Under the pieces are notes generated by a model. The model saw nothing but the letters and a program-made list of their open reading frames with translations. It did no database searches and was not told where the DNA came from. Shown piece after piece: positions 1-12,559 of a stretch of 64,000 nt of DNA (its first letter is position 1; every line of letters begins with the position of its first letter). The DNA lies in the NCBI GenBank assembly GCA_965655095.1, contig OZ296659.1:6014001-6078000 (forward strand), written 5' to 3'. The translations under genes were made by a program, and so were the position numbers. Source of the DNA: Haplodiscus bocki. Lineage: Eukaryota.

Positions 1-849
1 TTTCCGGATTTTTGTTCTTTTTTTGACAGTATTACTCGGATCTTAGATGGTTCTCAAAAAAATTTTCAGAGTAAAAAATTTTTTGGTTGGGACAATTAAT
101 TATTTGGTATTTATTGATTTGACTGTGTTTTAAGCACGAATTCGTACATTCATAAAATTTCTTCGAGAGAGAAAGAAATTTGAGAATAATAAATATAGGG
201 GGGACAAAGCACTTGTAATTACAAGGGTAGCACTTTGAGTAAATGATGTGAAGACAAAACAAATTATTTGAGAATTATTATAGTGACTAAAATTTCAACA
301 AAAAAGTTTCAATAATATAGAGAGGGGTTACAGAATAAATAATTTTTGAAAATAGAAAACGTGAAAAGAGTGCAAATTAGTTGTGAGAACCATCTTTCTG
401 GTGTCAGATTTCACAGGATTGCGTCTCGAATTTTGCTTGCATCGGAGCAAAAATGTGGGTGACGCATAGTGAATCAGTGTGATCAAGAACGGTTGAGCCA
501 GAATTCTGTTCGAGTGGAGATATTGATAACTTCATTTATGAATTTCTCAGCATTAATGTTTCTTAATTTTCTTTTAATGGATCTTTTAATTTAGGAGAAA
601 AGTGTTTGATTAAATGAACGTGGAAGCGATGGAAGTTGGTTTTGTTGAAAAATGTGTTTTCACAATGATGCGGGATTTCCTTCAGAGCTTGAAGAGCTTT
701 GTTGAGGAGGAACCGAAGTGCAGCGATTTGGAATTTTCTGCCGGAACTGGGAGATTGGGCAGTTTGATTGTGACTTGCAGGTGATGAAATGTACATCACT
801 ATGAGGCAGACAAGAAAGGTATATGTCTCAACATGAAATGTCAGTTAGA

Positions 850-2183
850 AAAAATTTTTTGATGAAAATCAGGATTTTTTTGAAAATTTTAGCAGTTAGG
901 ATCGCAAAGAAGCAAAAATGATTATATTTTTCTTCGAAGAATTTTCCAAGTAGGAGGGACTTTTTCTCAGAGCTAAAAAATCATAGATATCACAGAAACT
1001 TTTTTATGTTACATATTTAGGAATTTTTTATTGATGAAAAATTTCCAGTGTCATCTTTTGGAAGAGAGGTTCATTGTAAGAAAATTTTCGAAAAGGTGGC
1101 ATTAAATTGCAATTAAATAGAAGAATATTGCAAGGTTTTCAGACTCAATTGCAAATTTGCAAATGCGAATTATGCAGCTTGGTATCCATAAAGAACTTTG
1201 TTCAGAAATTCAATGTCAGATAATTCAGAAATCTTAGCTCAGCATGGCTCAATTAATTTACCACTTTGTTTGATGAGATCAAACGTTTTTTTTTCAATTT
1301 CAGTTGATTGAGCATTACCATGTTCATTTTCAGAATCATTTTCATAAACTTTTGCAGAAGAGGTAACTTGAGCATAGGAGACAGATTGAAAATTTCTATT
1401 CGAAATTTGTCAGTATTGCTTTTTTGAAATAAAAGGAGGTGATTGAGCAGGCAAAAAGAGGATTTAACTATTTGAATAGAGTTGTCAAGCATGTGTGTGA
1501 GACAAGAATTTATAGAACTTTATCATTCAGTGGGTGGCCAAAGACTTTTGACAAAGGTGGATACGGCTGAAAGACTGTGGTTGGATTGCAGTCAAGATCA
1601 ATATGTGCAGAATCAGTGGAAACAAGACATTCCTGTGGAATGATCAGGGGTCCGTCAGGAAAATTTTTGGAGTAAGAAAAAAGTATTGTTTCAAAGGATC
1701 TTAATTTTGGAGGGAACCAACGGTATATGCAGTTTCCAAAATATAGAACAAATGAAGCGAAAATGGAGAGATGAAATTTCTATTTCAAAAAATGAAGTTT
1801 TTTGTGAAGTTGACAGGAAGATTATCACAACAAAATTTGTAGGTTTTATGATGGACACATTTTTCATCCACAGATTGGAACTTCGTATTCGAATCATCAG
1901 TATGCCAATCAAATACAGAAACTCGTAGAAAATTTCTTTGCAGAGTGAAGACTTTTTGAAGATTTGCAGTCCAGAACTCATAGGGAGCTAATTGCTTAGA
2001 CGCAGACAAGATGTAATGATCATTATAGGGAATTGGATTTAATTGACCTTTATACAGTGTTGAAACCATATAGGGCGATATTAATTGAGGCTTGAATTGA
2101 AATTTTTCAGATGATAACTGAGGTGTTAAGGAATCATTTCTTTGTAAATCAGGTTTGGATGATGGCCTTAGTGTAGGAGGCAT
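850..2183 (-). pseudogene. Unassigned accessory ORF downstream of env (copy 1; further copies at ~5400-6739 and ~9960-11295)
   Basis: ATG at 2183 (MPPTLRPSSKPDLQRN...), followed by further same-strand ORF fragments. Seen in all three units. No known motif. Confidence 0.45.
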
Positions 2184-3479
2184 TACATTTGAAGGATCAG
2201 TTAAAACACTGTATTTCCTCTTGAAAATTTTCGCTGAGTTTTTAAATCATGCATAACAATTAAAGGAGCACTACTACAGGCTTCTTGAACTTCCAATTGA
2301 TCATTCAGATATGCTCCAGAACCATGTAAAGAGTTCTTAACTTCATTACACGGAGTAATAGTTTTTTTGAAAAATCAGAGAGTGATCTTTGTGGCGAAAC
2401 AGGCTCTTTATATTCATTAGGCACAGTGATTATCAGAGCTTGATGTTCAAATTCACCGAAAAGAAGAGAAACTTGGAAAGCTTATTCAGTAGCACTCATA
2501 ATGAAAAAATAGTAAATTTTTAGGTACCAGTAGAGATGGAGGTATCTGTTTTGGTGTTTTCAATTTTCCAATGACAGCAAACTGCACAGATGAAATATTG
2601 CAGTGAGAATGAAATTGGCCATAAGGAAAAGGCTTCAGAGCTCAACTTATTAACAAAATGTCCAAATGATTAGCAGAGTTTACTATCGGTGTTTCTTCTA
2701 GCAAGGAATTTCAGAAGAGAAATAAAATTGGAAGTTTGTTTTTCAGAGTCAAAAGAAGAACTTGAAGCAGTCAAAGAGAAGAACTTGATTTAAAGATGAA
2801 TAGAGAAAAAATGAAACATATTGGAATCTCAGAAAAATGAGGTAAGCAGAATATTTCAATTATTTATTTTCAGTTGGGATCTTTATCATATTTAATGACA
2901 GGTTGCACTATTGTTGATTAAAGGTGGCTTTAAGATAGTTTTCAGTGTTGTCGATTTGATCACGTTTTTTGATATTTGTTATGAAAGAAGATGAGACAAA
3001 GCGAGGGTGGTTATGGGTGGAAAGTAGTTTTATTAAATGTTTATGGGGTGGGGTCAGAGAGTTAGCTCGTAAATACTGATGTTATATGGTTTTTGTCCAG
3101 AGAAGGGTTTGCAATGGACACTCTTTGTGTTATGCAAATAAGTTGAAGGAAAAGCAATACTATTCTCAAGGTCAGTTATTTTGAAATGACTTTTGTCAAA
3201 GCAAAATGACCTTGACGGTTCATTAATTTTAGAAATTCGAGGCATGACTTCTTGATTTTTAGTTGCAGAATATTTTTGAATTTTCCATCTACTAGTTTTT
3301 GCAGATTTTTCACGGGAATCAAGAAGACGTTGAATTATTTTTCGGTGACGTTTGTCAAGTTCAGCGTCATGTAAAGCAGTGAACTTTTTTGATGTGGTGT
3401 AATTGGAAAATCCATGAGAGAGAAAACTCAGTATGGTTATTTTTTCATGAAGTCATTACTGATTTGATATTAGTTTAAA

Positions 3480-5302
3480 AAGTTTCAGAAGAAAAGTAAA
3501 AACTTTTTGTACAAACGGAAAAGTGGAAAATTATATCCCACATTGACTGAGAATTTAAAATAGAAAGCCAAACAAGGCAATGAAAGCATCAACAAACCAG
3601 TCAGGAGCAAACCGAGGAGCAATGTTTAAATGGTGATCATGTATATAGACCCTTTAAACGTTTTATGGATAAGACCGGTTTCTATTAGGAGGTGAAGAGA
3701 AATAAGTTGGATGTTGTTGAGAGGTGGCTAAAAACTCATACGAGATGGCTTTTTCCAAATGCTTCAGTGTCTTACCAGAGTGTTTCTTGAACAAAACACG
3801 ATTCCAGAAAATTGTCAATTCAGCTTTGGAATAAATTCCAGCTTTTGTGAAGTGAAAGTGTTTGTGCCAATAGCATATTGAACTTGTTTTGAAACAAAGA
3901 GCGTTGGGTAAGTTCGTAATACTGGTTTATATGTCGGTACAGTGTGCTTAACAGTATCAAGATCTAATGCTATGACATTCTGTGGATTTTTATCACAGGA
4001 TATAGGAGTAGCATATTTAAAATGTTTGTCTTGTTATTGGATCAATGTACGTTACAGAATCTTGATAGGTTTTTAGTATGCAATCAAAACCTTTATCAGT
4101 TTCATACAGAGGTGAGAGAATTTGAGATATGTCTTATAACTTAGCCTTAGAGACTTCTACGTAGAGAAAGTCACTACGGTTTCCAGTTGAAAGATAGCCA
4201 GCAATTTGAGGATTTTCAACAGACATTGCCAAAAGAGTTAGCAGTTGTGTTCGTTCTAGTTCACATATATGATGTAATGAATTGAGTTCTTGAAAACTCA
4301 CTGATATAAATACTTGATTGATAGAATATTCTATCTCTGTACTAACAAGGGAATCATATCCTACAAAACCGATGCTATTTAAATCATTCTGTGGAGGTAT
4401 GTACTTGTTTTTATTTCACAGAGTCAAAGACTAATGGTGAAGACGTTGGCTGTTGACTAATTGATGAGTCTTCATCAACAATGATTGGTTTTTTTCCAGT
4501 ATTCATATTAAAACCTACACGATCGTTGATAAACAAATCAGGACACTAAGTTGGATGCTGTTTTTGGTTTTGTGCAGAAAGTATGTTTTGTGGGAAAAGT
4601 TCCAGTCCCGATAATTCGGAGTAGTTTTTTCCAGTGGTGAATTGGTATAAAGAAATACAGTTGGAAGTATGCCTTTAAGAATTTGTTCAGTGTTTTATCC
4701 AGTTATGTTGAAGAAATCATCAGTTCCTAACCATTAACGATTATTAAAATTAGACATTTGTCCAAAAAAGTCAGAGATAAGAAATAATAAGCAAATTTCT
4801 TCAGGAAACCAGACAATAGTATAGAGATATTTCAAAGTTAGTTTACGAAAACCATCAGAATGCTTACAGGGAAGGGTATGACCTTCAAATATTAGTTTAT
4901 CTACTTTATCAGTACAATCCAGCGAATTTTTTTCATTAAATGATGACAAACTATCTTTGTCAATAAGATTTTCTTGATCATAATTACATCTTGACTTCAA
5001 GTTTGCAGTACCAGTAATCCAGTCATACTTATTCGATTGGTAGGTGAATACACCAATATGTACAGTGTTCAACTAGGTTAGAGTGAATGGCCTTTGTTTT
5101 TTTTCAATTTGAACTTGAAAACTCAGTCCCTCAAAATAACTGAAAGAGCCATTGTAAGAATATTGGTTCAATTCAACGCTAACCGTAGCACTAAGGTTTC
5201 GGATCGGTTTTTTATTTTCATTTGGGTTCAGTTCTGTTGGTAATGGCTTGGAGTTGGTATGACAATCCAAACGGTCATGTCTATACCACTTATGATGTGA
5301 AA
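3480..5302 (-). pseudogene. env: 5'-truncated env glycoprotein copy (unit 1)
   Basis: Homologous to 12560-14420 (HHKWYRHDRLD, LPCKHSDGF, TM segment WFVDAFIALFGF at ~3560-3600). Lacks the signal-peptide end. Confidence 0.8.
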
Positions 5303-8035
5303 TTAGGAGATTTTGCAGTTTGATTGTGACTTGCAGTGATGAAGTATTCATCACTATGAGGCAGACATGAAAGGAATATGTCTCAACATAAAATCTCAGT
5401 TAGAAAAAATTTTTTGATGAAAGTCATTATTTTCTTGAAAATCTTTAGCAGTTAGGATCACAAAGAAGCAGAAATGAATACAATTTCTTTTCAAAGAATT
5501 TTTCAAGGAGGAGTGACTTTTTTCAGAGCTAAAAAATCATAGATAATACGGAATTTTTTTATGTTACATATATAGGAATTTTTCAATGTTAAAAATTTTC
5601 CAGTGTCATCTTTTGGAAAGGAGGTTCATCGTAAGATTTTTTTCAGTAATTTGACATGAGATTGCAAATAATTAGAAGAATATTGCAAGGTTTTCAGACT
5701 CAATTGCAAGTTTGCAAATGCAAATTATGCAGCTTGGTATCCATAAAGAACTTTGTTCAGAATTTCAATGTCAGATAATTCAGAAATCTTAGCTCAGCAT
5801 GGGTCAATTAATTCATCACTTTGTTTGATGAGATCAAACGTTTTTTTTTCAATTTCAGTTGATTGAGCATTACCATGTTCATTTTCAGAATCATTTTCAT
5901 AAACTTTTGCAGAAGAGGTAACTTGAGCATAGGAAACAGATTGAAAATTCCTATTCGAATTTTGCTAGTATTGCTTTCTCGAAATAAAAGGAGGTGATTG
6001 AGCAGGCAAAAAGGGGATTTAACCATATGTATAGAGTTGTGAAGCATGAGTGTAAGACAAGAATTTATAGACCTTTAACATTCAGTGGGTCGTCAAAGTT
6101 TTTTGAAAAATGTGGACACGGCTGAGAGACTGTGGTTGGAATGCAGTCAGGATCAATATGTGCAGAATCAGTGGAAACAAGACATTCCTGTGGATTGACC
6201 AGTGGTCCATCAAGAAACTTTTTGGGGGCAAGAAAAAAGTATTGTTTAAAAGGATCTTAATTTCGGAGCGAGCCAATGGTATATGCAGTTTTCAAAATAT
6301 AGAACAATTGAGGCAAAAATGGAGTGATGAAACTTCTGGTTCAAAAAATGAAGCTGTTTGTGAAAATGGCAGGAAGATTATCACAACCATGTTTGTAGGT
6401 TTTATGATGGACACGTTTTCCATCCACAGATTAGAACTTCGTATTCGAATCATCAGTATGCAAATCAAATACAGAGAATCGGAGAAAATTTCTTTGCAGA
6501 GTGAAGACTTTTTGAAGATTTGCAGTCCAGAACTCTTAGGGAGCTAATTGCTTAAACGCAGACAAGATGTCTTGATCATTATAGAGATTTGGATTTAATT
6601 GACCTTTATACAGTGTTGAAACCATATAGGGCGATATTAATTGAGGCTTGAATTGAAATTTTTCAGATGATAACTGAGGTGTTAAGGAATCATTTCTTTG
6701 TAAATCAGGTTTGGATGATGGCCTCAGTGTAGGAGGCATTACATTTGAAGGATCAGTTAAAACACTGTATTTCCTCTTGAAAATTTTCGCTGAGTTTTTA
6801 AATCATGCATAACAATTAAAGGAGCACTACTACAGGCTTCTTGAACTTCCAATTGATCATTCAGATATGCGCCAGAACCATGTAAAGAGTTCTTAACTTC
6901 ATTACACGGAGTAATAGTTTTTTTGAAAAATCAGAGAGTGATCTTTGTGGCGAAACAGGCTCTTTATATTCATTAGGCACAGTGATTATCAGAGCTTGAT
7001 GTTCAAATTCACCGAAAAGAAGAGAAACTTGGAAAGCTTATTCAGTAGCACTCATAATGAAAAAATAGTAAATTTTTAGGTACCAGTAGAGATGGAGGTA
7101 TCTGTTTTGGTGTTTTCAATTTTCCAATGACAGCAAACTGCACAGATGAAATATTGCAGTGAGAATGAAATTGGCCATAAGGAAAAGGCTTCAGAGCTCA
7201 ACTTATTAACAAAATGTCCAAATGATTAGCAGAGTTTACTATCGGTGTTTCTTCTAGCAAGGAATTTCAGAAGAGAAATAAAATTGGAAGTTTGTTTTTC
7301 AGAGTCAAAAGAAGAACTTGAAGCAGTCAAAGAGAAGAACTTGATTTAAAGATGAATAGAGAAAAAATGAAACATATTGGAATCTCAGAAAAATGAGGTA
7401 AGCAGAATATTTCAATTATTTATTTTCAGTTGGGATCTTTATCATATTTAATGACAGGTTGCACTATTGTTGATTAAAGGTGGCTTTAAGATAGTTTTCA
7501 GTGTTGTCGATTTGATCACGTTTTTTGATATTTGTTATGAAAGAAGATGAGACAAAGCGAGGGTGGTTATGGGTGGAAAGTAGTTTTATTAAATGTTTAT
7601 GGGGTGGGGTCAGAGAGTTAGCTCGTAAATACTGATGTTATATGGTTTTTGTCCAGAGAAGGGTTTGCAATGGACACTCTTTGTGTTATGCAAATAAGTT
7701 GAAGGAAAAGCAATACTATTCTCAAGGTCAGTTATTTTGAAATGACTTTTGTCAAAGCAAAATGACCTTGACGGTTCATTAATTTTAGAAATTCGAGGCA
7801 TGACTTCTTGATTTTTAGTTGCAGAATATTTTTGAATTTTCCATCTACTAGTTTTTGCAGATTTTTCACGGGAATCAAGAAGACGTTGAATTATTTTTCG
7901 GTGACGTTTGTCAAGTTCAGCGTCATGTAAAGCAGTGAACTTTTTTGATGTGGTGTAATTGGAAAATCCATGAGAGAGAAAACTCAGTATGGTTATTTTT
8001 TCATGAAGTCATTACTGATTTGATATTAGTTTAAA

Positions 8036-9858
8036 AAGTTTCAGAAGAAAAGTAAAAACTTTTTGTACAAACGGAAAATTGGAAAATTATATCCCACATT
8101 GACTGAGAATTTAAAATAGAAAGCCAAACAAGGCAATGAAAGCATCAACAAACCAGTCAGGAGCAAACCGAGGAGCAATGTTTAAATGGTGATCATGTAT
8201 ATAGACCCTTTAAACGTTTTATGGATAAGACCGGTTTCTATTAGGAGGTGAAGAGAAATAAGTTGGATGTTGTTGAGAGGTGGCTAAAAACTCATACGAG
8301 ATGGCTTTTTCCAAATGCTTCAGTGTCTTACCAGAGTGTTTCTTGAACAAAACACGATTCCAGAAAATTGTCAATTCAGCTTTGGAATAAATTCCAGCTT
8401 TTGTGAAGTGAAAGTGTTTGTGCCAATAGCATATTGAACTTGTTTTGAAACAAAGAGCGTTGGGTAAGTTCGTAATACTGGTTTATATGTCGGTACAGTG
8501 TGCTTAACAGTATCAAGATCTAATGCTATGACATTCTGTGGATTTTTATCACAGGATATAGGAGTAGCATATTTAAAATGTTTGTCTTGTTATTGGATCA
8601 ATGTACGTTACAGAATCTTGATAGGTTTTTAGTATGCAATCAAAACCTTTATCAGTTTCATACAGAGGTGAGAGAATTTGAGATATGTCTTATAACTTAG
8701 CCTTAGAGACTTCTACGTAGAGAAAGTCACTACGGTTTCCAGTTGAAAGATAGCCAGCAATTTGAGGATTTTCAACAGACATTGCCAAAAGAGTTAGCAG
8801 TTGTGTTCGTTCTAGTTCACATATATGATGTAATGAATTGAGTTCTTGAAAACTCACTGATATAAATACTTGATTGATAGAATATTCTATCTCTGTACTA
8901 ACAAGGGAATCATATCCTACAAAACCGATGCTATTTAAATCATTCTGTGGAGGTATGTACTTGTTTTTATTTCACAGAGTCAAAGACTAATGGTGAAGAC
9001 GTTGGCTGTTGACTAATTGATGAGTCTTCATCAACAATGATTGGTTTTTTTCCAGTATTCATATTAAAACCTACACGATCGTTGATAAACAAATCAGGAC
9101 ACTAAGTTGGATGCTGTTTTTGGTTTTGTGCAGAAAGTATGTTTTGTGGGAAAAGTTCCAGTCCCGATAATTCGGAGTAGTTTTTTCCAGTGGTGAATTG
9201 GTATAAAGAAATACAGTTGGAAGTATGCCTTTAAGAATTTGTTCAGTGTTTTATCCAGTTATGTTGAAGAAATCATCAGTTCCTAACCATTAACGATTAT
9301 TAAAATTAGACATTTGTCCAAAAAAGTCAGAGATAAGAAATAATAAGCAAATTTCTTCAGGAAACCAGACAATAGTATAGAGATATTTCAAAGTTAGTTT
9401 ACGAAAACCATCAGAATGCTTACAGGGAAGGGTATGACCTTCAAATATTAGTTTATCTACTTTATCAGTACAATCCAGCGAATTTTTTTCATTAAATGAT
9501 GACAAACTATCTTTGTCAATAAGATTTTCTTGATCATAATTACATCTTGACTTCAAGTTTGCAGTACCAGTAATCCAGTCATACTTATTCGATTGGTAGG
9601 TGAATACACCAATATGTACAGTGTTCAACTAGGTTAGAGTGAATGGCCTTTGTTTTTTTTCAATTTGAACTTGAAAACTCAGTCCCTCAAAATAACTGAA
9701 AGAGCCATTGTAAGAATATTGGTTCAATTCAACGCTAACCGTAGCACTAAGGTTTCGGATCGGTTTTTTATTTTCATTTGGGTTCAGTTCTGTTGGTAAT
9801 GGCTTGGAGTTGGTATGACAATCCAAACGGTCATGTCTATACCACTTATGATGTGAAA
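8036..9858 (-). pseudogene. env: 5'-truncated env glycoprotein copy (unit 2)
   Basis: Near-identical to 3480-5302 at offset +4556. Confidence 0.8.
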
Positions 9859-12559
9859 TTAGGAGATTTTGCAGTTTGATTGTGACTTGCAGTGATGAAG
9901 TATTCATCACTATGAGGCAGACATGAAAGGAATATGTCTCAACATAAAATCTCAGTTAGAAAAAATTTTTTGATGAAAGTCATTATTTTCTTGAAAATCT
10001 TTAGCAGTTAGGATCACAAAGAAGCAGAAATGAATACAATTTCTTTTCAAAGAATTTTTCAAGGAGGAGTGACTTTTTTCAGAGCTAAAAAATCATAGAT
10101 AATACGGAATTTTTTTATGTTACATATATAGGAATTTTTCAATGTTAAAAATTTTCCAGTGTCATCTTTTGGAAAGGAGGTTCATCGTAAGATTTTTTTC
10201 AGTAATTTGACATGAGATTGCAAATAATTAGAAGAATATTGCAAGGTTTTCAGACTCAATTGCAAGTTTGCAAATGCAAATTATGCAGCTTGGTATCCAT
10301 AAAGAACTTTGTTCAGAATTTCAATGTCAGATAATTCAGAAATCTTAGCTCAGCATGGGTCAATTAATTCATCACTTTGTTTGATGAGATCAAACGTTTT
10401 TTTTTCAATTTCAGTTGATTGAGCATTACCATGTTCATTTTCAGAATCATTTTCATAAACTTTTGCAGAAGAGGTAACTTGAGCATAGGAAACAGATTGA
10501 AAATTCCTATTCGAATTTTGCTAGTATTGCTTTCTCGAAATAAAAGGAGGTGATTGAGCAGGCAAAAAGGGGATTTAACCATATGTATAGAGTTGTGAAG
10601 CATGAGTGTAAGACAAGAATTTATAGACCTTTAACATTCAGTGGGTCGTCAAAGTTTTTTGAAAAATGTGGACACGGCTGAGAGACTGTGGTTGGAATGC
10701 AGTCAGGATCAATATGTGCAGAATCAGTGGAAACAAGACATTCCTGTGGATTGACCAGTGGTCCATCAAGAAACTTTTTGGGGGCAAGAAAAAAGTATTG
10801 TTTAAAAGGATCTTAATTTCGGAGCGAGCCAATGGTATATGCAGTTTTCAAAATATAGAACAATTGAGGCAAAAATGGAGTGATGAAACTTCTGGTTCAA
10901 AAAATGAAGCTGTTTGTGAAAATGGCAGGAAGATTATCACAACCATGTTTGTAGGTTTTATGATGGACACGTTTTCCATCCACAGATTAGAACTTCGTAT
11001 TCGAATCATCAGTATGCAAATCAAATACAGAGAATCGGAGAAAATTTCTTTGCAGAGTGAAGACTTTTTGAAGATTTGCAGTCCAGAACTCTTAGGGAGC
11101 TAATTGCTTAAACGCAGACAAGATGTCTTGATCATTATAGAGATTTGGATTTAATTGACCTTTATACAGTGTTGAAACCATATAGGGCGATATTAATTGA
11201 GGCTTGAATTGAAATTTTTCAGATGATAACTGAGGTGTTAAGGAATCATTTCTTTGTAAATCAGGTTTGGATGATGGCCTCGGTGTAGGAGGCATTACAT
11301 TTGAAGTTAAAAAAGCAGGATCAGTTAAAATAATGTATTTCCTCTTGAATTTTTTCGCGGAGTTTTTGAATCAAGCATAACAATTAAAGGAGCACTACTA
11401 CAGGCTTCTTGAACTTCCATTTGATCATTCAGATATGCGCTGGAACCAAATAAAGAGTTTTTTACTTCATTAAACGGAGTAGTATTTTGGAAAAATCAGA
11501 GAGCGAGCTTGGTGGCGAAACAGGCTCTTTATATTCATCAGGCAGAGTGATGATCAGAGCTTGATGTTCAAATTCACTGAAAAGAAGAGAAACTTGGAAA
11601 GTTTATTCAGTAGCACTCATATTGAGAAAATAGTAAAATTTTAGGTACGAGTAGAAATGGAGGTATCTGTTTTAGTGTTTTCAATTTGCCGATGAGAGCA
11701 AACTGCACAGATGAAATATTGCAGTGAGAATGAAATTGGCCATAAGGAAAAAATTTCAGAGCTCAAATTTTTTACTCCAAATGATTAGCAGAGTTTAATA
11801 TCGGTGTTTCTTCTTACAAGGAATTTCAGAAGAGAAAATAAATTGGAAGTTTGTTTTTCAGAGTCAAAAAGAAGAACTTGATGCAGTCAAAGAGAAGAAC
11901 TTGATTCGAAGATGAACAGAAAAAAAATGAAACATATTGGAACCTCAGAAATATGAGGTAAGCAGAATAGTTCGATTATTTATTTTCAGTTGGGATCTTT
12001 ATCATATTTAATGACAGGTTGCAGTATTGTTGATTAAAGCCAGCTTTAAGATAGTTTTCAGTGTTGTCGATTTGATCACATTTTATGATATTTGGTATGA
12101 AAGATGATGAGACAAAGCGAGGGTGGTTATGGGTGGAAAGTATTTTTCAAATGTTTATGGGGTGGGGTCAGAGAGTTGGCTCGTAAATACAAATGTTATA
12201 TGGTTATTGTCCAGAGAAGAGTTTGCAATGGACACTTTTTATTTTATGCAAATAGGTTGAAGGTAGAGTAATACTATTGTCAAGTTCAGTTATTTTGAAA
12301 TGACTTTTGTCAAAGCAAAATGAATTTCACGGTTCATTAATTTTAGGAACTTGAGGCATGACTTCATGATTTTTAGTTGCAGAATTCTTTTGAACTTTCC
12401 ATCGACTATTTTTTGCAGATTTTTTATGGGGGTCATGAAGACGTTGAATTATTTTTCGGTGACGTTTGTCAAGTTCAGCGTCATGTAAAGCAGTGACTTT
12501 TTTTGATGTGATGTAATTGAAAAATCCATGAGAGAGAGAGACCTCAGTATGGTTATTTT

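Noticed and set aside
6110-6547. 145-aa plus-strand ORF (also 10666-11103)
   Set aside because: Antisense to the element and broken in the diverged copy (1686-1928). It recurs only because of the recent duplication.
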